Origin: Cenococcum geophilum
Lineage: Eukaryota
Direction of reading: 5' to 3'
DNA length: 64,000 nt
Assembly (NCBI GenBank): GCA_050273025.1
Contig: CP158635.1
Location: forward strand, 4,898,001-4,962,000
The notes beneath the pieces are model-generated. The model was not told where the DNA came from and ran no database searches. It was given only the letters and a program-made list of their open reading frames with translations. Below are positions 26,451 to 37,720 of this stretch, one piece after another. Both the position numbers and the translations under genes were made by a program. The number at the start of each line of letters is the position of its first letter. Position 1 is the stretch's first letter.

Positions 26451-29400
26451 TGTTCGTACTAATTTAATAGCACAAGTAAGCCATATCCCAGGGCACGAAA
26501 TACGTATAGTATCGTATGCTCTTTAGGATAGTAGTAACTATCAATTCTATTAAGGTAGACTACGTAGTCTATATACTAACGCACCTCCCCCCTAATTAGT
26601 TAGTACTTTATAAGTGCACCAGATATATAAGCGGGTAGTTAGTACACCAAATGCGTAAACGCGTGCTCAGCGTACCAAACGCGTAAGCACGCGGTTAGTA
26701 CAACAGGTGCTATAATTATATACTAGCGGTACTTAGAAAATAAAACCACTTATATACCACCTCTGTAATTGCCTTAATAGAACTATAAAACACGTAAGAA
26801 AATATATAGGAAATCCCTCCCAAGGTGCCTTCCGGGCTGCCTTCTAGACAGTGCTCCAAGCTAGCTATAAGTCCTACTTACGGCCCGTAAATAAACCGTA
26901 CAGCCTTCCAACAGGCCGTAAATAAACCATAAGTGCTCCGTTAGTCTCGCTCTACCCATTCTATAACCTTTAGGTTAAGCTTATTTATATTAATTAGGGT
27001 TTTAAGGGCTTAATACAGCTTTGCCTTAGTTATAGCGTCTACTAGGTTATCTCCGCTGCTGATCTATTTAACCTCTATAATCTTATGTTGTTTATAGGCC
27101 TAACGTAGGCACATTAGGTCGACTATAAGCCTCTTCTTTTATATTATACCTAGTTTAACTAGGCAGTTATAGAGGGACTTTAAATCAGTATATAAAACCA
27201 GGGGTAGCTACTCCAATTATAGGATCTTCTAGATCGTTAATTTAATTGCGGCTGCTATATTAAAGCTATAGGCTAGTATATATAGTTTAGAAGCTAGTAC
27301 ACTACGGGTTACTTATTTACACTTAATTAAAGACCAGTATAGAATATTTGCGTCCTAATTATAGTCCGTAAGTACAATTATAAAGCCGATTTGCGATAAT
27401 AGGTCTCTATTATTAGCAAAGGAGGCGTCTATAAATACCATTACGCTAATAGAATTTAGGTCTAGCGGTATAAAAGTAAGTCCTCTTATCGCATTATTAA
27501 TCTGCCATTAAATACGCTTATTAAGCTGCTTAATATTTTCTTCTTACAGATCTACTGCCTAGGCCGTAAAGGACAAGTTATAGGCAAATTTGGGTTAGCA
27601 GACTATAGCAATATAGGCGCCTCTTACACACTATACAGCGTATTAGTCCTTTATATTTACAGTCTTATAGGTCTCTTTACGGGAACTAGTAAGGTCTGTA
27701 GGCTTTGCTATAATAAGCTTTAGGTTTTAAGCTTAGCGTTCCTAGGTTAGCTAGATTAAGTTACCCCTTTATATAATTAGGCCTCCATTAAACTTAATTA
27801 GGGTCTACTTAGTTAACTACTCTTACAGCTTTACCAGGAACTTAGCTTCTTACAGTTTAGTCTCTTTAGCGTCTGTAAATATCCGGTCCGCTAAAAAGAG
27901 GGTATTATCTATTTAAAGTCCAATAATACTAAAGCCGTTTAATAGGGTGTAAAGGAGGCAGGGGTTATAAGTTAACTATTCCATCTTAAGTTTATGGACG
28001 TAATACTAGTAATACATCTTAAACCAGTAGTTTTTAGCTTCTGGCACTCCGTAAAGTAGTTTTATAACCTATAAAATTATTCCTAGTTATAAATTAAGCT
28101 TAAGCAATAGTCGTATAAAGATATCCCTACTTAGGTAGATATTAGACTATATATAGGCTTATAAAATATCCCATAAGTAAAGGGTTATAGGTTTTATTTA
28201 CTATAGTCCAGGTATAAGCGCAAGTATAATCCGTTAACTAACCCGTTAAATTATAAACAATTATATAAGAACTAAGTCTTTCCTTTAGTCGTTATAAGCT
28301 TATATAACAAGCCTTAACTTTTTAAAGGCTTTATTAGTACTAGGGTGCTTAATTTTATTAATAAAGCGCAAGTTAAATATACAGACGCCTTGTAGAACGT
28401 CTCTCTCCGTTATAACCGTAAAGACGCCCTTTTCAAGTAGTCCGTTAATCTCTTTACGTCATAAGTCCGTAAAAGGGGTTTCCTATACTAGAACTAATAT
28501 ATCCATAAGCAGAGGTTATCTTACGGATATATCTATAGAGGTTAGGTAATTCTCTATTACGGGGTTCTTAGTTATGGGGTACTTTTAGGGGCGTCCTTAA
28601 CCACGCTTTACGGTAGGTTTAGCGGGTTTAATAAGTTTACGGGGGACTTCTAAAGTTGGTAAGGGTACTTCCGGTTTATCTAGTTTAGTAGGTACTTCTA
28701 ATTCATCTAGTCCAGCGTTATGGGTATTTTCAGGCCAAAAGTAGGGTTTTACAGACGTGCTCCTAAAGCTAGTTAGTCCGCTAGAGAGTTATATACAGCA
28801 CGTTTCGTTTTCTACAGCTAGTAAACAGTAAGGTCCCATCTAATTACCGCTTTCACGCCATATAAGGACTTTAGAATTAAGCAAGAGGTTATAAACTAAG
28901 GTTATATCTAGTCCGTTACGGTAATATAGGGCGCTATTAACTGCTTATTTGGCCCGTAATTTAACTATTTCAGCTATTACCTTCCATATTATAGCTGCTC
29001 GTTCCATAATAGACGGGGTAGGAGGGCCTAGGTTGCTTATTCTTAGGTAGGCTCCGTAGACCAAAAGGGTAGGTACTAGTCCGTCTAGGCCAGCGGTATT
29101 ATTAATAGCTTTTACGGCAATCTATAAAGCCAGTTCCTTTTAAATGTCCTTACATTTATCTATAATAATCTAGTAGGCTCTCTATAAGGCTAGGTAAGCT
29201 CACTTAATAAGCCTAATAGACTAATACACCTTAACTGGAACAGCTTTTATTAATATAGCCATGGCCATAGTATACTGCTAGAATTCCTTACTAATAAAGT
29301 TCCTATTAGTATCGTGGGTAATATACTACGGAGGTCTAATATATATGTCGATCCAGCAGGTCCGTAAAATATCCTACGTATACTTTATAGATATATTTTA

Positions 29401-32400
29401 TAACTAGCGGGCGGCTTAATAACGGGTTACCTTATTAATTATATATAGTACTAGGCTGCCGTTAATATATATAATATCTACGTACACTAAGTAGTTAAAG
29501 TCAAGATCCTTATAAAGGGTAAACTTAAATCGGCCTAAGGAATATCCGTATTTCTAGTAGTAAAAGCAGTATTTAGTTAGGTGGTTAATTGCCTTCCTAT
29601 TAACGTCGTCATATCCAGAGCATTTAAGGACTCTATATAGCTTTTCAGCTAATAGGTAGCCAAAACGGCGGTACAGGCGGTAGATTTCTATACTGGTAAG
29701 GTAGTATAGGTTATAGTCAAAAGATTCCTAAATATACGTCCGTAGAGTCTCTCCCCATATAAGGAACGGGTGTCTAAATTATTGTGTAATTAGTAAGGTA
29801 ATATGCTTACTTCCTAGGGTAGTTACGGGGCCTATTAGGGTGTCCGTAATATTATTATTGTACACCTATAACCTATCTATGTCTATAAGACAGAGTAGGA
29901 AGGAGGTATCCGCTTTTACTATGTAGAAGTTAACTAGGCTAATAGAAGTCTTAACTTTAACTAATCTAATTAATGCGGTTAAGCCAATGCCGAATTAGAC
30001 GTTTACGGCCCCAGTTTACGTAATATTAATGTCCGTATTATTATTTATAGTGGTCCTATATACAAGGTATTATCTGTAGCCTACGGTAGACTTTTTAGAG
30101 GCACCTATATTAATTATAACGCCGTAGAATTCCTTAGGGGTATAGCGTTCTATAGTAATATATATAAATAGGTCCTACTTATAATTTATAACGTCTATAA
30201 TAGGGGTTCTTGCGGAATAGTTTTTAGGCGCAACTAAGTATATAAAGGAACGGTCGGCTAATACGGTCGTAATATTAAAGGCTTAGCCATCCGTAAAAGG
30301 TCTAAAAGTGGTTAAAAACGTCTCTAAGGTCTCCTATTCCTAGGCGTCTAAGTTAAAGTTAATTATAAGGGCTTCTATTAACTCATTAAAAGGCTCTTCC
30401 GCTTCCTCTCCTTTATATTCTAAAATAAATTAGTTAATACGGCTATTAAGTCTCTTCCTAGACTTATTACGTTCTTCCTAGGTATGCCTTATAGACTAAC
30501 ATTCTTCCTTACCACATATAAAGCACTTCTAGCTAGTTTGTCTACGGGGGTATATTTTCGTATAGAAGTTATTATAGGGGTTGCGGGTAGGACCTAGTCG
30601 ATGCGGGTACTGCTAGCAGTAGCGGCGGTCCGTAAAGTAGACGTCTAAGTCTATTTACGGATATTAAATATCCGCAATAAAGGCTTAAGTGCTACCTAGT
30701 AGATTTAAAACTTTATACGTTATAATAGAGGAGCGTAAATCATTAATAAGGCCAGTTAAGGTATCTACAGGCTTATAATAGGCGTACTTATAGGGTTCTA
30801 CTTCCTAGCAGGCCGTAATAAGTTTATTATATAGGAAGTCGTCTATTTAAAGCTTAGTATTAAGGCCGTACTATAGGTGCCAAAGGTCTTTAATAAGAAT
30901 TTAAAGGCACTCTATAGTCGATTTTTCAGTATTCTTATTAATTACGGTCCGTAGCTTAGTCGCATTCTATTAGGTAAGAATATCACGCTTATATTCCGGT
31001 CCTTTAAAGTAGTTATATATAGCTTCGCATAGCTTATTAAAGGGAACACCAAGGGGGTTACTCTTAAGGTTAGTATAGTAGTGGTCAAATACTAGGCCGC
31101 GCAGTATAGTAGAGTAGGCTTAGCTAAATTCCTATTTAGGAATATCAGCCTTCTAGCAGAGGTCCATAAAAATAGTTAGTTTAAAGTTAAAGTTGTTGTT
31201 TTTACCGCTATACTTAAATTTATCGGTATAGAGCTTAGCCAGGTTAGCTAGCTCCTTACTATAGGTCTTTACTTAGGTAGTTTACGGATCTATAACTTAA
31301 GCAATAGGAGGGTTTTAGTCCATATTTTAGTTTACGGGGGTATTATAGTCCATAATTTGGGTTACGGTAGTATTATAGTCCGTAACTTAAGTATTAGGTA
31401 TACTTTAGCCAGTAAGATTAATTCTAATACCACTTAGGTTTATAGAACAAATTTGGTTAAATAGGTCAGCTATAAGGCTAAAGATTCTATTAAGTTTAAA
31501 GGAGGTAAAGGGGTCGCTAGTTTTAATATAATCTAAGATCTACTCTTTAGTCCATTCCGTTTGGTCCTCCTTATATAGTATATTATATAGAGACCGTACA
31601 ACAGTAACTTATTTGTCCCTTTTAACCCATACGCCTTAGTAACGTAAAAGGGTTTATAGGTTACGGGTAGTAGTAGGGTTATAAGCCTTAAAAATAGCTT
31701 CCATAAAGTCCGCAAAGTCTTCCTTATATTACTCCCACAGGTCGTTATTTATAAGCTTAAAATATCCGTATTTAAGGATTTTATATTTAATATAGTTATT
31801 AACGTCAGTTATAGACGTAAGGTCAACTCCTTAGCTCTATTTCTCTTAACCTTTATTAATTTGCTTACTTATGTCTGCTATACTATATAATATAGTACAT
31901 AGCGGGTAAAAAAGGTCTTATAGTAGTCCGTAAAGGCGGTTAATAGGTCCGTAACAGTTTGTAGGAGGGTAGGTAGTTTCCGTAAGGTCTTATAACGGTC
32001 TATAAAGGTAATTAGCAGGTCCGTAGTGGTTTATAAGAGGGTAAAAGGTTCCGTAAAGGTCTATATTCGCGTCTATAAACTTCTAATAAACTATATTAAG
32101 ACTTAAATAAGTATATAGAGTTAGTAATAGGTCTGTAATCCCCAACTTCTAACCTTCTAGCAGGTCGTACTAGGAGTCTAAACGGGTGGTCACTATTAAG
32201 TATCGCTCGGGGGAAGGTGTTAAGTAATTGCTAATCTATACGCGCTTACTAATTAGTGTTCATACTAATTTAATAGCACGAGTAAGCCATATCCCAGGGC
32301 ACGAAATACGTATAGTATCGTATGCTCTTTAGGATGGTGGTGACTATCGATTCTATTAAGGTAGACTACGTAGTCTATATACTAACGCACCTCCCCCCTA

Positions 32401-32500
32401 ATTAGTTAGTGCTTTATAAGTGCACCAGACGCGTAAGCGGGTGGTTAGTACACCAAACGCGTAAGCACGCGGTTAGTACGATAGGTGCTGTAATTATACA
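26451..32500 (-). mobile_element. Ty1/Copia (GalEa-like) family C2 copy a, 6050 bp, RIP-inactivated
   Basis: LTRs 26451-26722 and 32257-32500; TSD CTATA at 26446-26450 and 32501-32505; inverted homolog of 49840-56202. Confidence 0.95.
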
Positions 32501-34523
32501 CTATATAAAATAACCTTAACTACTACGCCGCCCTAAGCTAAGTAGAAGCTTAAGCTTAGTATATAAAAGTACTAGAAGAACTAGTACTCTACTATAAAAA
32601 GGACACTTAAAGAACCTAAAGCTAAATAAGAAACTATAGATAATCTAGGTAAGCTTAGCACCCTAAATATCCATATAATTAGAGCTACTCCGCTAGCTTA
32701 ACTTGCTAAAAAAAACCTAAATATATAATTTTTGCTATTACAATAGCTAATATTAAAAAGGCCTTAGTACTAAAGAAGCATGCTAACCCTACTATAAAGG
32801 TACTAGTAGAGTATTATAAACGCCTAGATGTATTCTTATAAAAGTAAGCTAATAAGCTACTAAGATATAGCGTAAAGTACGTGAAGGAGCTCTTGCTGCA
32901 CCTGGCCTAAAAAGACTAAAACCAACCAAAAGAACCCTGAAAAACACCTAGAGAATCCCCCTGAGATATATATATCGCAGGGGAGGCATACGTCGAATGA
33001 CGGTAGTTCGTACTCGCGTGCGTCCACTAGAACCACGCCTAGCAATAGCCCTCTATAATAAGAACGGGCGAATACTATACTATAAAGCGGAAAGACCTCT
33101 ATTAAGAAGGCGTCTAATAAAATATAAAGCCTATTAGACGCGTCTAGTATCCGTAGTTATAGGGGAGCAACCGTTAGCTATAACGAACTAATACAGCTAG
33201 TAGAATGGCTCCGCCAGTCTAGCGAACCTTAGGCGCCCCTCTAGTAAACCCTTAATTAAATCCTCTAATGGCTAAGTAAAATTAAAAATAAATAAAACCC
33301 TTCTTTACTGGCGAACCGTATCTAGGCCGCTGTAGCTGCGCGTCTATAGCATAGGGAACCTACCCCCCTAAAGATAATATCTGGGCATATAATTATAATA
33401 TAACTAAGTATAGAAAAGTAGAGGGGCTTAGGGGATAATTAGAAATAGAAGTCCTTATAAAGATTTGCAAAGAGGTTTATAATGCTATTATAGTCTAACA
33501 CCTTAGGAGCGGAGATATTAGAGTTACCCTAAGGGACTAATAGGTAAAGAAATAAGCCGTTAGGGTAGGGGATAGGCTAGGAGAACGTATTAGCATAAAA
33601 GTGCTCCGCGAAGATTACCTAGTCGAAGTCTTAGCGGTTCCCCTAAGCCTTAGAGTAGAAAAGGGACGCTAGGTAGACAATATAGTAACTATATATAAGA
33701 TAGTAAAACAAACAGAACGCCTTATACTAGGACTTAAGATTACCTAAATCTAATGGCTTTAATAGGAAAATATAAACTAAGTATATAATAAGAATAATAA
33801 AAGAATATAAGGGTTACTAGAGACTCGCTAGGGAAACGCTAGTTAAACGTATAGCTCCCTTATTGTTAGTATACATACACTAAGAATGCAAAAACTCCTT
33901 ATTTAAAAAGGTATTATTATAAATAGCCTTATATACAATGTAAGGCTCTATAACTATAGACTCTGCCTAAAATAATATTATCGCTATATATAATGGGGGC
34001 ATACCTAATCTATATGCGTAGTATAGGTATACTGCGGCCATTATGTAGGCCCCTATAATATAAGATACTGCTTAAATTAAGACTAAATAAAATATATAAA
34101 CTGCCACCAAAGCATATATAAGGCGTAGGAGAGAGAAGACTGTATTAAATATAGGAGATAGAAGGTAAGGGCTTAATAGCTGCGGGAATAACTATATGTT
34201 AGGTTATACGAATGGAAACAATAGGCGATAAGCTAGGGGGGCGTAGGTGCCTTTTTAGCGTTTCCTACCTTTAATACTGGGGGGCTAGGCCAGCTATCCC
34301 AAGCCTTAACGGGCCAGAAGTAATGCCGCGCGATATCGCCAGACTATATAGGGATATAAGGGTTATAGGGGATATAAGGGAGAGGATGCCCTATAGCATC
34401 AGCAAAATGTTTGTGCCTCCTGACAGTACTAACAGCTCCTGACAGCTCCTGTCAGGGCTGTCAGGAGCTCTAGGAGACACTCACACTCGGCATCCTGTCA
34501 GGAACCTGTCAGGAGGTCGCCCG

Positions 34524-34616
34524 GACCACCAGGACCACCAGGACCTCCAGGACCTCCAGGACCTCCAGGACCTCCAGGACCATCAGGACCATCAGGACCA
34601 TCAGGACCATCAGGAC
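34524..34616 (+). repeat. 9-bp tandem repeat CAGGACC(AC/TC/AT), ~10 copies
   Basis: Directly visible. Confidence 0.9.
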
Positions 34617-35570
34617 AACAATAAAAATTCTAGATTTAAAAATAAGGCATATCAACACTCCAGTATTTACAGCTAGTCAAAAAATACAAAATTAATTTAA
34701 TTATATATAATCTAAATAATCCAAATCAATCTCTCCTGTCTACCGCCTGTGTCTGTCATGGAGCTCTACGATCGCTCGGGCGTCGGGCGATCGACTGAGG
34801 AGCCTCTCGCGGAGGCTCCAAATCGTCGATCGGCGGTGTTCCCGATGATCCGCCGGCCGTGTGCTGATTTCCTAACTAGGCCTAGTGCCTGCCTGCTTGC
34901 CTGTCTGCCTGTCCTACCTGTCTGCCTGCCTGTCTGCCTGTCCTACCTGTCTGTGCCTGCCTGTGCCTGTCGTGCCTACCTGTCTATGCCTACCTGTCTG
35001 TATCTGTAATTCGGGGGAGAGGTCGGCCCGATCGAAGGCTCTGCTTGATTCGATTGCGATTAATTGTATTAATTCGAATCGTTCTCCATGGGCGTTCGTT
35101 GGCTGTACGTTTGAACGGTGGTCGTCTGGGGTGCCTCCCTAGGAGGCCTTGATTCGATTTGATTCGGTAATAGGCTGATATCGAGGCTCTGGTTCGATTC
35201 GATCGATCGATCGAATCGATCGTGGTGTTCGCTGGCTGGTCGTTCGAACGGTTATCGTCTGGTTCTGACGACGGTCCTCTCCTACTTGCCTGCCTACATG
35301 CCTGCCTGCCTACCTACTTACCTACCTACCTACCTACCTGCCTGCCTGTGTCAGTATCTGATTTAATTTGGGGGAGAGGTCGGCCCGATCGAAGGCTCTA
35401 ATTGATCCAGGTCGTTCTCTATGGCCGTTCGCTAGCTGTACATTCGAACGGTAGTCGTCTAGGGTGCCTCCCTAGGAGGCCTTGATACGATTCGGTAATG
35501 GGCCAATATCAAATTCGATTAATCGATCAATTGAATCGTTCGTGGTCTTCGCTAGCTGGTTGTTCGAAAG

Positions 35571-35677
35571 GTTGTCGTCTAGTTCTTGTAACGGTCGTCT
35601 GGTTCTGGCGACGGTCGTCTGGTTCTGGCGACGGTCATCTGGTTCTGGCGACGGTCGTCTGGTTTTGGCGACGGTCC
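35571..35677 (+). repeat. 20-bp tandem repeat ACGGTCGTCTGGTTCTGGCG, ~5 copies
   Basis: Directly visible; explains the repetitive spurious ORFs 35482-35707. Confidence 0.9.
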
Positions 35678-35994
35678 TCTGCTGGCTGCCGTTCTAGTGC
35701 CTCCTAAGGGAGGATGTAAGGAAGGATAAAGAATGGGGTGACTACAAAGGGGGTAACTTGGCAGAGGCACGTGTAGGCTATCGGGAATATAGCGGGGACC
35801 CGATAGCACTGTGTGTCGCGCGCACGCGCACATAGGGTCGTGTCGCATTAGGGGGGAGGTATCCCATTGGGGGGGTATCACAGTGGGGAGGCAGTCGCAT
35901 TGGGGGGGTGTCTTGAGGGGTGTGCATAGGAGGTGTCGCTTTGGGGGGGGGTTGGGAGGGGTGTCGCTTAGGGGTATCCTGTCAGGAACCTGAC

Positions 35995-36225
35995 AGGACG
36001 ATCAGGAAAATCAAGATCCTGCCAGGAGCCTGTCAGGAACGATCAGGAAATACTAGTTTCCTGTCAGGACCCTGACAGGACCGTAAGAGGACGATCAGGA
36101 AATCAAAGATCCTGCCAGGAGCCTGTCAGGAACGATCAGGAAATACTAGTTTCCTGTCAGGACCCTGACAGGACCGTAAGAGGACGATCAGGAAATCAAA
36201 GATCCTGCCAGGAGCCTGTCAGGAC
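35995..36225 (+). repeat. 93-bp tandem repeat (~2.5 copies) in the right subterminal region of the TIR element
   Basis: AGGACGATCAGGAAA... recurs at 35995, 36088 and 36181 almost identically. Confidence 0.9.
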
Positions 36226-37720
36226 GACCAGGACGATTAGGAAAATCAAAATCCTGCCAGGAGCCTGCCAGGAGCCTACCAGGACGATCAGGACCTCCAG
36301 GATCTTGGCACCCCAACAAAATGCTGATGAGGGAGACCCTTATGGACAGCTACAGCAAGCTTAAGACCGGGATAGTTAAGAATTAGACTTAACGCGGCAA
36401 ATATAACATTTATAGCCAACTCTTAAAGGGTATATAGCTAACTAGTAAAAATAGGGGAAGAACTAAAGATAATAATAGATTTAGATATAGAAGCGCTAGT
36501 AGAAACACAAGATATAGGAATAGAAAGCTCTATATAAAATAAGTAGTAACTAGGGTATAGATATAAGAGACAGAAGTTTTAAATATCCTAGAGAAAGTAG
36601 AAATAGAAGAAGCGAGGAATAACGGAGAGGCAAAGGACCCTTACTAGGGGTCCGCCACCTATCTATTATATAGTATAACTATAGTAATACAAACCACTGT
36701 CTTATAAGGCCCTTACTAAACAGTTTAGACCTAGAGAAATACTATATCCTTGCTATATAAGAGCCATACTATAATACCTATATATAATTAATATACTGCC
36801 CCTAAGGATTCTAGCTCCTATATAAACCAAAAGCAGCTATATACGTATGCTTTATAATTAGTAAGACTATTAGCCTGTCCTTATAGTTATAGTAGGCAGT
36901 TAATCTAGATATTGTAGTTATAATAATCTAGACATATAGAGGACCGGTATAAATTATTAATGTATATAACCCTAGGGTTAAAGGGGTCTCATAAATAGAG
37001 AATATTATATTAGTAATAAGCTTACTTAAAACTAAAGGCATAGAGTCTATCCTATTAGGAGATATAAACCTCTACTACCTGTAGTGGGGGGGTATCTACG
37101 TCGCTGCTAAATAATAGGTAGAATGTTTACTAAAAGCTATAGACACCTAGGGCCTTAAGCTAGCTACCCCCCCCTAAAGTAATTATATGGCAATAAGGAC
37201 CCGCTAGAAGTATAATTGACCTTATATTTATAGACGAAGGCCTATACTAGAGACTTAAAAGGTACAACCTTAAAGAAGAATAGGCACTTACCTTAGACTA
37301 TATCCCCATCTAGATATAGCTAGATTTAGATATTAAGGTGTAACTAAATAGTAAAAGATATGTAATAAGGATGCTTAAGGCAGACAGTTTCCTTAATATA
37401 GTTAAATAATAACTCTAAGACCTAGAAGAAATCCACCCAATACTAAATAAGCGAGGCTTATTAGCTACCCCTAAGGAAATCGACCGAAGACTAAAAAGGA
37501 TTTAGGTAGCGATTAAAAATAGGCTAGAAGAGTACTGCCCGGTCTTAAGACCGGGCCCCTATACGTAATATATATAGTTTGTATAATGCGCGGTTCTTAT
37601 AGCTAGCTAACGATAAGTAAGAAGGAAATACTTAAGTAGCTATAACCCTAAAGATAAGAGACGATATAAAGACATAAGAAACTAGTTAAAGAATACCCTA
37701 AAAAAAGAAGTAAGGAATAA

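Larger units (their letters stand above)
34397..36329. mobile_element. Non-autonomous GC-rich TIR element, 1933 bp, 2-bp TSD (CMC/EnSpm-like architecture; superfamily unassigned)
   Basis: Ends CATCAGCA...TGCTGATG; AG duplicated at 34395-34396 and 36330-36331; removing the element plus one AG restores LINE ORF1 codons AGA GGA TGC CCT ATA GGG AGA CCC; subterminal TCCTGWCAGGA-type motifs at both ends; no credible ORF. Confidence 0.8.

Noticed and set aside
32864..32980. Possible ribozyme at the LINE 5' end
   Set aside because: No HDV L3/P1/P3 pattern found by eye; the copy may be slightly 5'-truncated or of a different family.
35265..35271. CTGACGA hammerhead-like core
   Set aside because: No following stem II or GAAA; it is a variant of the 20-bp tandem unit.
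34397..36329. CRISPR array, rDNA spacer or telomeric repeat interpretation; ORFs 34749-35993
   Set aside because: No unique spacers, no rRNA and no TTAGGG; the ORFs just translate microsatellite and tandem repeats.
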